From the NCBI GenBank assembly GCA_001600815.1, contig BCKZ01000009.1:848803-912802 (forward strand): DNA of 64,000 nucleotides, given 5' to 3'. Below the pieces are notes generated by a model. The model did no database searches. It had not been told where the DNA came from and saw only the letters and a program-made list of their open reading frames with translations. Shown here piece by piece: positions 35,264 to 47,800 of the stretch; positions within the stretch are counted from its first letter, which is position 1; each line of letters starts with the position of its first letter. The position numbers and the translations under genes are program-made. This DNA is from Alloascoidea hylecoeti (taxonomy: Eukaryota).

Positions 35264-38204
35264 TTTCTTATAATAAGATTTTATGTTATGAAATATGTGT
35301 AGGCCTATATTGAGAAAAATGTAGAGGAGAGGGAAAACAGGATGAACGTATAGTTAAATAATATTTGAGATCGTATTAATTAATAGCTATAATTACATTT
35401 ACACTGGTTTCGGTAAGAGTGAATGTTATTATGAAGCAATAAAAATTTTAAGTCTATTGCTTATATAATTTTACTATTGTCTTAAACGTTATATATTGTT
35501 GGTTATACATTACTGAAAAGTAAACTTTCACGCCATATGCATACTCATTTTTTATCCTATATTTTGTAAAGAATTAATAGGTTAAAGTAGATCCACAAAT
35601 AACCCGTCAATGATTAATATTGGTCACTTTTTCCTTCTTTTTAAACTTGATAATTTTAGTGTATTTATCAATCCTAGCTAGCCATGGAAGATATATCTTC
35701 TGAAATATAATGCTAAACGCAAGGCTGATGATAACACACTTGGCAGTTGTATAATACAAGTTCTTGGCAAAGCAGGGTCCGATGTATCAAAGCCTTAATA
35801 TATAATTCATAACTAATTTACGTAATATGGTGTATGAGAAATATTTTGGATAGCCGTTGAAGGGACTCTGATTCACACCCAGTTCTCGGTTAAAACATGT
35901 GGAGTTGAACAGGAATTTTAAACTCAAAATCCATGGCTTTAACATAATATCAGACAGGTCGATAACAAATTGACAAACTCAGTTTGCTCAAGGGCATACT
36001 GGCGAAATAATACAGGAAATATCTAGATTCCTATTGAGTGTTAGACGCCATCAAAATTAGTTACTCTTCAAACATCAAAACAGAAAAAAGAAAATCAGCA
36101 TAAGATCTTGTTATCTTCATTACTAATGGTAAAATATGAACCTGAGAAACTGCTAGCGCACCTTTAAAAAATCCATGGAGCATCGTCCTGTGTATTTGTA
36201 CCACAAAAGACTTTACAAGTTCTGCAAAGGTTGTTCATCTTTGTGACTAGTATTAGACCCTCTTTTCCCCTCTGCTCTAGCTCAGATGTTATAGTGGCTC
36301 GTTTATTCTTAACTGAACCAAATCATACCCAGTAACATTATAATAATGTTAAGATGAATTAAATACTGGTGTCTGAAAATCGTGGTTGAAATATACTTCT
36401 TAAACTCTTGTCATGAGGATTTTTGTAGACCAAATGATTCTGTTGACTCGCAACAAATTTCATATTCCGAGATTTAATATTCGTATAATAATTAATAATA
36501 TAAAGCTATTACATGCATTAAATAAGCTACAACGGTCATCATCATTACAATTGACAATTAAGAGAAATCAAAAATAAATAGCTTCGACTCATAAATTTCA
36601 TTCGTATGACAACTTCTTAACTCATGATCACCTTGTGAGATCTGTAGAGAATCATCACAATTATAGAACACGTATCGAAATCTAACAAATAATAACATCA
36701 AAGATTCAAGGTCATTGATCTATATTTGTCACTTGAAGATTATAAATCAAATTCAGTTTGTATGTTCAACTGACGCGAATTGATATTAGTTCTAGAGTAA
36801 TCTGTAATGAAAAAAGTTGGAAAGTGTAACCGAATTACTTTATAAGAAGTTATAGTAAATTATATTTATACTACTGTATAATAAAGAAGGTGATTTTCCT
36901 ATTATCCTTAATTATTTTTAATACATACTCTGAATTTCTGATGAATATTTTAAATTTCGCTACATCCTGCATTACCACCGATATGACCGGTAAATATATG
37001 AGCTCGAGGTTATGGAACAATTTCCGGGTGTCTAAAATATGAAAGCATATTATCCAGAACTACGGCTGTAATCTTATATAATGCAGCCGAATATGTAGTT
37101 TAAATGGTGCCTGAAATTAAGTGGAATCAGTGTGTGATCATGAATTATTCGTAGACTGAGTAATTTTGATTGAAATCTTTCAGAACCATGCACAGTCACA
37201 AATTATATAAGAAGCAAATCAGATCATAAATATGAGAGAAGGTAGCTGCTGGAGATAATAATTAACAATGGGGCCTCACCAAATGTACCACGTTCAATAA
37301 AACAGTGAGTGAAGACAAGTGTGGCTGGTGCACAGATTGAACAACCTAATTTCCTATTAAGCCAAATATTCAACCTATGCTGAGTTTGTAAAGTTCAGGT
37401 GTGTCAGCAATACTATTGGAGACATCTATTGAATCCTCTAGTAAATCATACAATATTGCAATGTATCACAGGCTTCCATCTAATCCATGATACATAATTG
37501 TCATACATAATTGTTTAACATAACAACGAAACAATTCATAGAACAGCTAAAAGCAAGTTGATAGAAGAGTGAGAAATAGCTCATATATCTCATTATATAT
37601 TTATAATCGGTTGATAAATTATAAAATTTCATGTTCTGAAGAATACATTTATGATTGTGTTACGTCCTCTACTTCCGATCGATGTGAACAATGTGAATGA
37701 GATGTAAAGAAAAAACGACATTCAAGAAAAGAAGTGAATTCGAAGATGAAAATTATATATGCTCCGATTAAGTTAAATTCAATATGACAGTGTTTTAGTT
37801 GATTATCTACAGCACATGTATTAAGAATTGAGTAATAAAATTGTTGTGATTTGATCCACGTATATGCTACTGTGAAGGTTTTGAGACCCCTCCGTTACGT
37901 TCTAAATTCGTCCTCTCAATCCACTTCTATTATTGTAGTTGAAACTTCTTCTGTTTAGGTGTAGGATCCAGTATTAAATTCAGTCGTTTTTGTTATTGGT
38001 CAAGGTACTGAATAGTTCCTAGTAATAAATTTCCATGCTAGGACATCAGTAATTTCCTAGAGGTCTGAGGTCTCTTGGGAGATTCCACTCCCACAGACTT
38101 GGAGGAATTTTTTTCACGAATCACTCCAAGGATGTAAGCTTACACGATGTTTACCCAATTTTCAACACAGGCCATTCTATTGTGTTGTAACTCCTGTAGA
38201 AAAT

Positions 38205-38459
38205 TATAAGGGCCTTGAACTGTTTTGCAATTGTTCATACCAAATGGTAAGGCATAGAGACACTTCGGAAATATATAAGAAACTTAAGATCAATCTTTTA
38301 TTAGATCCTTGGACTAATTAAACGGTTAGGAAGGACATTTACTGAGACCGGTCAGTGCCTTTAACAACAGAAACGACCGAAGTCGATGAGGAAGATGTTA
38401 TTGAAAAAATACTGAAAGAAAGGAAAATCGAGAAAAAAGACAATTTGGAAACACCATAA
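38205..38459 (+). mobile_element. Ty3/gypsy integrase C-terminal relic (GPY/F region and start of a chromodomain)
   Basis: With frameshifts it reads YKGP*TVLQ..NGKA*R, then INLLLDPW, then EVDEEDVIEKILKER. Order and spacing match GPF..AY.L..SLLEP..EYEVEKIL..R. Confidence 0.55.
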
Positions 38460-39279
38460 TATAATTAAGGGATTTGAAAATGGTATTTACTATAGTCCGA
38501 GGATCCTAATAAAATGTTGTCAAAATATTAGTTGAAAATTTTATAAACTATTATGTCCCATATATATATATACTTATGCATTGATCGATAAATCATTTTT
38601 AAGTTAACGTAAGGTTTTGATCTAAAAGTTGAAATTAAATGTCAACTTTCTGAAAGGTTTTTCATCCATAATCCTGATTCCTCAATGTGTTCCTCATGAT
38701 TATGTTGATAAATTATAACCAATTGTATGTAACAATTTTCTTTTTCTTCTTCTCCGCATTTTGCAATAGGTAATACATCTTGAATTCGTAATAATGATCA
38801 TAATCATATAAACTTTAATTTCATTAACAGTGTATAACCTTGTTCATTCATGCTATAACCACATATCTTGATGTATGAACATGAAGTTATACAGTAGGTA
38901 TGTTGATAATTATTCATTGTTTTCATCCCTATAATAAGTTAGCTAAAATTTGATGCAATTTTTCGACCGCGGTCCGTTGATGATTATGCCGCTTTATCAC
39001 TTTATCAGCTGCAGTAAATTTAAATTTGCATTTTGACACTAAATTAGATGATAATTGTGAGTTTATAATTAGGTCGTGTGCGAAATGAAAGGATCTCGAG
39101 TACTCGGGATCCTAATACTGATAAATTTTGAAAAATGTTTAAATGAATTTAATAGTTGGGTATACCATACGTTATAAGATAAGATATCAGTTATATTTAT
39201 CATATATATTTACATCAATGTATCAAGTCAAATTTTCCTATGCATTTTTTAATTTATATACTATCATTCGTAATCATGA

Positions 39280-41040
39280 TTACTGATAATCAACAGAATT
39301 AAAAGTAACATTCGGCATTAATGTTGATGATGGAGCATTTAAAGCTTCTTGTTCCAATCTATTTCTTTCAATATATTTCAATTGAGTTTTTATATAAAGG
39401 ATCAAACCAGATCCAACAATAGCAGTTAAAGTAGTTGTTATAATATTAATTGGTGTTGGATTATTATTAAAAACATAATGAGTTGCCCAATCCATTGTTG
39501 TTTGAATAAAATTTAATAAACCAGCAAAACATATAATTATTCCATAAACTGAACCAAAAGTATCAAATCCAAACACTTTACCACAATAATCTGATACAAC
39601 TGTATAGTAAAAAGGTCTATAAACCACTAAAAGTGTAATTCCTAAATAAGCACATAACATGCTATAATTAATCATACCGAGTATACCAATTACAATAGAT
39701 ACTGTTGTCAATACAGATAAGATTGTAACCATTGAGAAATTATCTAATAATAGACCAATAAAAGGTATACCAATAATACCACCAAGAGGTAAAGCAACAT
39801 CAAAATAGCTATTAACAGCAATTGCTTTATCAATATCATCTAATAAATAAATATATTGTGATCTAATAGTTGCAACGAAATAATTTATACGGATCATACA
39901 GATTGGTATAAAAAACAACATAAATATAAACCAAGGAGTTTTAATTTGTTGAGAAACTGTTTTACCATGTAATACACCAAAAACACCAGAAATTTTTGAA
40001 ATTTCAGCCTCTTTCTTGTTTATAATTTCTTCTGCTTTATGTTTTAATAATTTATTTGGTTTAATACCATAATCACCATTAATTATTGAATCACGACGTT
40101 GTTGTGATGACATTTGATTTAATGCAGATGGTAATAAAGAAGAATTTTCATCAATAGATTCAGTTTCTGATTCAGATTGTAAAACAGAATTGACACTATT
40201 TTTCTTTTTTAAATTACTTTTAAAACCTCCAGCAATTGAAAAAGATCTTCTTTGAATTGGATCATTAAAAATTTCCTCAACAGCTTCAATTTCAGCTTCT
40301 TCTTCAGTTCCTTCTTCACCGATTTTCATTAAATCACCATAAGTTTTATAAGATTCTTTTGGCATTATAAATAATTGAACAATAATTATAAAAATTGGAA
40401 TAATTAAATAAAATTTAAAGAATTGAATTATATTAAATTCACCATTTGTTTTAATATAAATAATTCTAAATACTAAAAATATAGCAGATGATGCATCAAA
40501 AGCACCAGTTAATAAAGCTAATATAGTACCAGAAAAAGTTGGAAAAGAATTTGATAATTGAAAAGAAGAAATATAAGCAAATGGACCACCTAATGCTAAT
40601 AAAGTATAAGAAATTAAATAAGGATCAAATTTATCTTTCAAAGAATTTGAATTTAAAAATAATATTGTACCAGAAGCGATTAATAAAGCACCAATTAAAC
40701 CACAAACTCTTGGACCAAATCTGTCCAAAATATTACCAATTATAAGGGCAACGAGATTAGTTGCAACAGCAGCAATTGTAAACATTTTATTTAATTTCAA
40801 TTCTTGTTCAGTACAGGCGGTGGTGGGCTGGTTAGGATTATAATCAGGATCAGAAGCAATTGATTGGAAACGAAGCCGGGGGTCGTCGGCGGTGCAAGCA
40901 TCAGAATATATTCCTTCACTGATTAAAACTGGTTTTAAAGCAGCGAAACCAAAGACGATTCCGGCGGAGAAAAGACAGTAAACGATGGCACACGTAACTT
41001 GCAAAAGTCTCTTTCCAGTGGAGACGTTAACATTGGACAT
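39280..41040 (-). CDS. FMP42: MFS transporter of the SLC43/LAT3 family
   Basis: CLFSAGIVFGFAALKPVLI.EG.Y, ILDRFGPR, LTGAFDASS, RINYFVATIRSQY, KVFGFDTFG.VYG. Confidence 0.9.
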   Translation of the reverse strand: MSNVNVSTGKRLLQVTCAIVYCLFSAGIVFGFAALKPVLISEGIYSDACTADDPRLRFQSIASDPDYNPNQPTTACTEQELKLNKMFTIAAVATNLVALIIGNILDRFGPRVCGLIGALLIASGTILFLNSNSLKDKFDPYLISYTLLALGGPFAYISSFQLSNSFPTFSGTILALLTGAFDASSAIFLVFRIIYIKTNGEFNIIQFFKFYLIIPIFIIIVQLFIMPKESYKTYGDLMKIGEEGTEEEAEIEAVEEIFNDPIQRRSFSIAGGFKSNLKKKNSVNSVLQSESETESIDENSSLLPSALNQMSSQQRRDSIINGDYGIKPNKLLKHKAEEIINKKEAEISKISGVFGVLHGKTVSQQIKTPWFIFMLFFIPICMIRINYFVATIRSQYIYLLDDIDKAIAVNSYFDVALPLGGIIGIPFIGLLLDNFSMVTILSVLTTVSIVIGILGMINYSMLCAYLGITLLVVYRPFYYTVVSDYCGKVFGFDTFGSVYGIIICFAGLLNFIQTTMDWATHYVFNNNPTPINIITTTLTAIVGSGLILYIKTQLKYIERNRLEQEALNAPSSTLMPNVTFNSVDYQ

Positions 41041-41384
41041 TATTTAAATAAGAAGAAGTGACTTTTGATTGGTGATAATAGTTGTAAAGCGGAGAAAGAA
41101 ATGTATTTAAAAGTATGGAATTGAGTAACTTAATTGAGTAGCTATCGAAGAAAGAGAAAAAATAGAAAGAAAGAAAGGAAGAAAGTCTAACTTTAAGTGA
41201 AAGATAAAAGATAAAAATATGCACATCAATCACACTGCATGACAATCTTTCCATCTTCAAATCTTCAATCTTTTTGACTCGGCACACAAAAAAAATACAA
41301 ACTAAAATTTAATCCTACATTATCAGTATGCAAACTACTTTTTTCTTCTGTTTCTTTGTAGCAATTATCATATATATTTTAATA

Positions 41385-42331
41385 TTAAGCCTGACTTTGT
41401 GCCTGTTGCTCCATAATTTCTGAAACCACTTCAGAAATACTTTCATATTTTAGACCAATGAAAAATGACAATACAATAAGGAAAAAAGTTAAAAGAAATG
41501 GAACTCCTGAACTTTTATTTACTACCACTGGCTTTTTAACAATCGTTTTAACTATTTGATTTATTGGTTTTGTTGATTGTGTTTTATTTGCTTCCAATTG
41601 CTGATCAAGTGCATCGATTTTTGCCTGTTCAACGGACAGTTCTCTATTATATTCTTGATACACCCCATCATTTGTGTCATGATCAGTTATCGTACTATCT
41701 CCATGTTCTTCCAAAAGATTTTCACTTGTTGAATGAATACTGGATTTTTCATGATCATTACTATGATTGCTTGAATTGGATGGAGAGGAAGTATTATTAT
41801 TTGATATACCATCACCATATTTATAGGCAACTTTAATTCTTGTATTTACAACACTTTTTGGAGCAGCAGCTTCTAAAGTTTTCCACTGGCCTGAAATATT
41901 ATCAGGTATTTTTGTATTTTCATTAATTGGAACAGTAACAAGTAAGAATTTATCACGACATTTATAACCTAATTCCGGTTCAGTTTTTAAACCTTGTAAA
42001 ATAACTTGAACATCAACAGAATCACCTGGTTTAACATAAGAAGCATTTGGACGGACACAATATATTTTTGGTGCTGTTGTTTTCACTTTATATGCGATTA
42101 TTGAACTACTTCTATTTGATAATGTAAGAGTTTTGGTTGATGTTGTTGTAAAAGGGGCTAATGATGTAAATTAGTAACTAGTAAATTTTTATTTACTTTA
42201 TAAAAGATAGGCTAAAAATTTCCCTAATCTTTAAATTTAAATGTTTTAAATGCTTTTAAATCTTTTAAATTGATTACTTTGGGTTTGAAAAACATACAAT
42301 GAAATTCCAAGACTTCCGGTTCTATTTCCAT
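41385..42331 (-). CDS. SCS2: VAP-family ER membrane protein (MSP domain plus C-terminal TM); exons 42331-42298 and 42157-41385
   Basis: Spliced MEIEPEVLEFHSPFT...AYKVKTTAPKIYCVRPN...CRDKFL; intron GTATGT(42297)..TACTAA..TAG(42158). Could be the SCS22-like paralog. Confidence 0.88.
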
Positions 42332-42539
42332 GGTGGTTTTTTTTGGTACACAAGAATGTTTTAGAAGTGAATCTTGACAAATGGTAAAACAGTATTTACC
42401 CGGATTTTCATACTATTTAGGTACATGCACATAATTAGTTTTGAAGATTGTTAACGTTCAAATCCTATAATTATAATTAGTAGTTAATGTATAAGTTTTG
42501 TATAAGTCTTATTTATATCTATATTTTATATTTTATATT

Positions 42540-43577
42540 TTATATTCCATCCTCTATAACTATTTCACTAGCTTTTTCTTTAACATGACCATCTCTTCTA
42601 ACTCTACACCAAAGATTAACATCACCTTTTGTAATAAATTCAAATATAACTTTTGTCCAACAATAATATTTTGGTAAAGGGTCATAAAATTCACAAGCAA
42701 TTTCATTTAATCTCCATAATCTTGTCCAGGGAATATATGGGAAATCATGATGTTCATTATGTAAACCAACGTTATAAACAAAAATATTTAAACATCCATA
42801 ATAACTATAAGTCTCTGGTGGAGGTATACCGTTTTTATCTAAATCCGAAGGATCTGGTGGATTTAAAACATAATGTTCAGCAATGAAATGTCCTGCTAAT
42901 GGATGTAATGAACCAGCCAAAAATGAAGATAATAAAAAATATAGCATACTATACCAACCCCAAAATTTAACAATAATAAAATCAAATATTAATTGAACAA
43001 CAATATTTAATAAATGAACCGGAGTTATTTTAACAGTTGCAACAAACATCGGTCTTAAAGCATAAAAAAAAATTTGACAAGTTGAAAAAAACGCTTTACC
43101 TAAAACATTACTTAATACTAACGCTTCAAATTTTGTTGGTAAATCAGCATCAAGTTTTGTATCACCTAAATATTTATGATGTAATTGATGATATGGTTTA
43201 AAACTTGCACTATATGGTATACCGACAGGCAAGTTAGCCCATATACTGAAAAGTTTATTATGTAAAGGTGTTTTAAATGCTAAATTATGAGATAATTCAT
43301 GAATAGCCATAAATAAATTTTGATTTGATGTTGCACCAATCAAATAAGTAAGTACCCAAAATTTAAAAGACCAAAAATTTGTATTTTTCAGATAGTAAGC
43401 TGTTAAAAATTGGATTAAAACTACTACAGAAACAACATATTTTGTCAAGGGTTCCGGACCACATAACTTTGTAACTTCAGGATGGGCTTTCATGATTGCT
43501 TTTCTCCGGGTTTTATGAGGTTCTTCTTGGAATGTCCATAACCAGTCATTTAATTCCTCCTCGACTTTGACCCCCAT
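42540..43577 (-). CDS. DES1: Sphingolipid delta(4)-desaturase
   Basis: EEPH..RR.AI.KAHPEV..LCGPEP; histidine boxes HELSH, HQLHH, HNEHHDFP. Confidence 0.95.
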   Translation of the reverse strand: MGVKVEEELNDWLWTFQEEPHKTRRKAIMKAHPEVTKLCGPEPLTKYVVSVVVLIQFLTAYYLKNTNFWSFKFWVLTYLIGATSNQNLFMAIHELSHNLAFKTPLHNKLFSIWANLPVGIPYSASFKPYHQLHHKYLGDTKLDADLPTKFEALVLSNVLGKAFFSTCQIFFYALRPMFVATVKITPVHLLNIVVQLIFDFIIVKFWGWYSMLYFLLSSFLAGSLHPLAGHFIAEHYVLNPPDPSDLDKNGIPPPETYSYYGCLNIFVYNVGLHNEHHDFPYIPWTRLWRLNEIACEFYDPLPKYYCWTKVIFEFITKGDVNLWCRVRRDGHVKEKASEIVIEDGI

Positions 43578-43777
43578 TTTTATAATGTGCTGATAGGTTT
43601 AAATTTACGTTTGACAATAAAGATTACCGTTTTTTGTCAAGCGAAAAGCCGGGTAAACACGTGCTCCCCAAGCCTGGTCACATGCCCGACGTCACATGCG
43701 CCGCTGAATAAGCAGAAACAGGGAAACTTTTTCCCCTCAACAGATCACATTCAAACCTTCAAAGTAAACCCAATAAA
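43578..43777. promoter_or_regulatory. 200-bp divergent promoter shared by DES1 and EHD3
   Basis: CCGGGTAA at 43649, CACGTG at 43658 and two GTCACATG words in a locally GC-richer patch. Confidence 0.6.
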
Positions 43778-45256
43778 ATGCTGAGATTTTCCTCGAGGAT
43801 ATTTCCTTCCATCCGACCATCTCTCCCTCAGTCCTCATCTTTCACCATTCGCTGTCTCGCCATGCCGTTGAAAGCGAGATTATCAACTGAAGCTACCAAA
43901 GCTACGAATGATGATGAAAACGAAGTCTTATTCAATTCTGATGCATCTGTTAGATATATTACTTTGAATAGGCCCAAAAAACTCAATTCGTTGAATTCTA
44001 CTATGATTCAAAAAATAACTCCAAGATTATTGGAATGGGCTAAATCTCCAACTGCAAATATCATCATTTTAAAAGGCAATGGTAGAGCTTTATGTGCTGG
44101 TGGTGATGTAGCTGCTCTTACTTTATTAAATCAAAAAGGTCAACATTTAGAAGCTTCAAAATATTTCTCTGAAGAATATGCTATTGATTTTCTAATTGCT
44201 GCTTATAATAAACCTTTCGTTAGTTATATGAATGGAATTGTTATGGGTGGTGGTGTTGGTTTATCAGTTCATGCTCCTTTTAGAATTGCAACTGAAAATA
44301 CAAGAATTGCAATGCCAGAAACTGATATTGGTTTATTTCCTGATGTTGGTGCTTCTTTCTTTTTATCAAGATTAGATGGTGAATTAGGTACTTATCTTGC
44401 ATTAACTGCTCAAGATTTAAGAGGGTTTGATGCTTTAACGGCTGGTTTTGCTACTCATTTTGTACCAGCTGCTAGATTAGATGCACTTTCTGAAAGACTT
44501 GCAACTTTAGGTAAAACTGGTGATTCTGAATCTTTAGATTTTTATGGAAAAGTTAATGCAGCAATTGAAGATTTTGTTGAACCATTACCATCTGATTATC
44601 AATTTCATTTAAATAATGAAGAAAGAAATATAATTGATTCATGTTTTAAAGAACATTCAATTGAAAAAATTATTACAAATTTAAAAAATAACGGTTCAAA
44701 ATTTGCATTAAATGTTTTAGAAAGATTAAAAGTAAAATCTCCAACTTCATTAAAAGTAACTTTAGCCTTATTACGTCGTGGTAAAGAACTTGATTTATAT
44801 ACTGCTTTTAATTATGAATTATATGCTGGTTATCATTTTAATATTAATCATGATTTTAATGAAGGTGTAACAGCAAAACTTTTAACAAAACCAAGTAGGA
44901 AAGCAAATTGGGAACCATCAAATATTTTAGATGTTGATCAAAAAATTGTTAATTCATATTTAACAAAACATCCTGATTTCACTTTACCTGATATTGAAAA
45001 ATATCCTGGTTTATGTTATACTTATGAAAATTATCCTTATAATATGGGTTTACCAACTGAATTAGAAATCTCAAATTTTATTACTGGTAATGATGGTTCA
45101 AATCGAAAATATAGTGTTACAAAACAAGAAGTTATTAAAGAATTTACTCAAAAATATAAAAATAAAATTGGTGTTAAATGGAAAGTTGAAAATGTAATTG
45201 AAAGAAAATGTAAAGAAAGTGAATTTGAAAAAGATTATTTACAATGGTTTGATTAA
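43778..45256 (+). CDS. EHD3: Mitochondrial 3-hydroxyisobutyryl-CoA hydrolase
   Basis: N-terminal presequence, ITLNRPKKLNSLN, LCAGGDV, MGGGVGLSVHAPFRIATE, AMPETDIGLFPDVG, SPTSLKVTL. Confidence 0.95.
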   Translation: MLRFSSRIFPSIRPSLPQSSSFTIRCLAMPLKARLSTEATKATNDDENEVLFNSDASVRYITLNRPKKLNSLNSTMIQKITPRLLEWAKSPTANIIILKGNGRALCAGGDVAALTLLNQKGQHLEASKYFSEEYAIDFLIAAYNKPFVSYMNGIVMGGGVGLSVHAPFRIATENTRIAMPETDIGLFPDVGASFFLSRLDGELGTYLALTAQDLRGFDALTAGFATHFVPAARLDALSERLATLGKTGDSESLDFYGKVNAAIEDFVEPLPSDYQFHLNNEERNIIDSCFKEHSIEKIITNLKNNGSKFALNVLERLKVKSPTSLKVTLALLRRGKELDLYTAFNYELYAGYHFNINHDFNEGVTAKLLTKPSRKANWEPSNILDVDQKIVNSYLTKHPDFTLPDIEKYPGLCYTYENYPYNMGLPTELEISNFITGNDGSNRKYSVTKQEVIKEFTQKYKNKIGVKWKVENVIERKCKESEFEKDYLQWFD

Positions 45257-46479
45257 ATTTATTACATAAAATAAAGATAAAGAAGATAAAGATCTAGATG
45301 CAGATGTTGGATGATATTTTAAACATATTTTCAAAAATGGTGGATGACGTTTCAAATAATTTATAAAGATGAGGATATTGATGATATAATGAATATAAAT
45401 TGAAAGAAAATATATAAGTTATAAATTTATAATATTCATAAATTAAATAAAAATTGTATATAGGTTACATGTGTTAATTAATGTAACATCCATTTGCAGT
45501 TTCAAGATACATTTTTATAAAATAATTGGAAATTACCTATTGATATTTCATGCAATTCAATATCAAATATTGTTTTTACCGTTTTTTAAAATCAATTCCC
45601 TTATAATTATGTGCGGGTAACTTTAAATCAAGTTAACAAATGTTCTACGACATCAGGTCGCTTGTCCAGCGATGTATATCCGCTGATTAATTTGTTGAAA
45701 GAGTTCGAGAGAAAATGTCAGATCCCCCCCAAAATGTTTTAAGCTGCTTTTGGGCCGTTTTGGATTCAAAATTTCTGAAATGATGATTTTTATATTTATC
45801 CATTTGCTAAATTATAACATCCTTTTTATTGGTATTCCAGAAAAAGTTTTTTAAACTCGTGTCTGGAACTAATTATTGACGATTAATTATCAATGAATAA
45901 TCGTTGTCATTATTTTGACTATAATGTTATCTAATCTTTTTACCAACTACAATTTTGAAAATCAATTAATTTAATTATAATGAATACTGGTAAAATAATC
46001 TCTCTACCTAATATGATAGTTTGTTTCGGTACAAACATATAAAGGGAGCTAATAAAATGGATCTCGAACTAACCACTATATTTCATTAATAAGGATATGT
46101 AAGTGAGGGTTATTTTTGGTGGATTAATTTACATATTTATATTCGTTTGTGTTTTTACTCATAATTAGGTCCCGGATACAAAAGCATTTTTCTTTAAGTC
46201 GAGCACTTAAATTAATAATAATTATTACCTAAAAGTAGCGACTCTATATAAGTTAACTATAATTTATATTATATATGCATTAGAAAGTAAAGAAACACAA
46301 ACTTCCAACTGATTCGTAGTTGTGCCATGTGCTTGTATTCATCGGAGTGGAGCCTGTAATCTTAATAAACATGGCTTATCAATTGCAACCGTATACTACT
46401 TCCATACACAAAGCGATAAAAATAAAGAAAATCCCAGATATCTTCTACCAATGTACTCATAATGGTGAGGGCCTCGTTC

Positions 46480-46720
46480 ATTGGAAGAAGCAGATTAAAA
46501 CTACTAACCTTTCAAGAAGGTAAAATAAACGCTGAAAGCAACATCAATGAAGCATTAAACCCAGTAGGAATACCATTTATTCAAAGCTTTGAACGGAACG
46601 TTTTTCAACAGGAGAACGCTCCTATTCATAAAGCTGCAAAAACAAGAAGACTTGTTTGAAGGAAAATGAAATTGAAGCGTGGTTTTGGCCTGCAAATTCT
46701 CAACCAATTTTTGAGATTCC
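46480..46720 (+). mobile_element. Tc1/IS630-family transposase pseudogene fragment
   Basis: EGKINAE...PFI....VFQQENAPIHKAAKT, frameshift, ENEIEAWFWPANSQP; compare FQQDNAP.H...WP..SPDLNPIE. Confidence 0.8.
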
Positions 46721-46777
46721 AATTATATAAGTCTATTGTTTGCGCACATCTAAACCCTAAAGTATTCTGTAACCTCG

Positions 46778-47370
46778 GCATTCCTGAGTCTTCGATTCCC
46801 TAAGGAATGGAATAAGTTAAATAAAAGAAAACAAAAAGTGAAATTTTTTGAGGAAGATGAGATATTAGACTACATCTGGGAATGTCCAAATACGGTCGTG
46901 CTTTACGCAATTAAACGGATAACAATAACAGCCAATGAATATGCGAACAACCAGTGGCTCCTTTTTACATACAAAAACTATTACACATGAAAAGATTGTT
47001 TACAAACTGTCTAATGTTCTTGATTCTTATATATTCTTCGTGAAGGATAAAGATAATGTGCAATTATGATTCAAACGGTTGGGATGGAATTTCTATCAAT
47101 TGCTTCCTCCTAAAGGGGGGAACTATGCATAGTGTATTTAACGTATCAACCAATGTCATAGGTGATTATTTTCCCCTTATGATTATGTTTATATCTAAAA
47201 ATCTATAGAATTTATGATCTAAAGATCTGATGAGGAGAGCAATAAATGGTATATGGTTCGTTAGGTACCGGTTCTCAAATAATAACTATAATTCATCTTA
47301 TTTAGAAAAGGAAATAACTCTTCTTATGTTCTTATCTTATCCTCGAGGGGCATTGCATTTACGTAAATAT
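46778..47370 (+). mobile_element. pogo/Fot1-like transposase relic
   Basis: Broken frames GIPESS, EEDEILDYIWEC....ITITANE....QW (CENP-B-type HTH), NVIGDYFPLMIMFISKNL and ITLLMFLSYPRGALHL appear in the expected order. Confidence 0.5.
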
Positions 47371-47755
47371 TAAATTCGGAGATGTTTATAGTTGTAAGAA
47401 ATGTATGATAGATTTGTTGATTCTCTTGGTACACACAATTGCAACAGAGATTTAACAAGCACTTGATAATAAGTTGATATCACCATTGAAAAAATATCGC
47501 ATGAAGCAACTTAGTACAGATTCCAAAAGGATGACTCTCTTAAGTAAAACTCCTGAGTTTTTTGATGTGAATAACGTTTCAATGGGGAGAAGCAAGAAAT
47601 ATAAAGAACTTGATGATAAAATCAACAGTCGAGATGTTGCAAGGCCAAAAAAATCAATCAGCGCATCTACGAGAAGCTAAGAGTTGTCACAATAGGCACC
47701 CTGAAGAAGTATTTATCGGGTTCTTGGCTTGAAGATCTATAGAAAAATACATAAG

Positions 47756-47800
47756 TTTCATATTTTTTCATATTTTTTCATATTTTTTCATATTTTTTTA
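47756..47800 (+). repeat. 10-bp tandem repeat (TATTTTTTCA)n
   Basis: Three exact copies plus partial flanking copies. Confidence 0.85.

Noticed and set aside
39091..39112. 22-bp near-palindrome GGATCTCGAGTACTCGGGATCC
   Set aside because: Single short occurrence with no supporting context.
10400..39200. Starship-like giant element
   Set aside because: No tyrosine-recombinase captain or defined boundaries visible.
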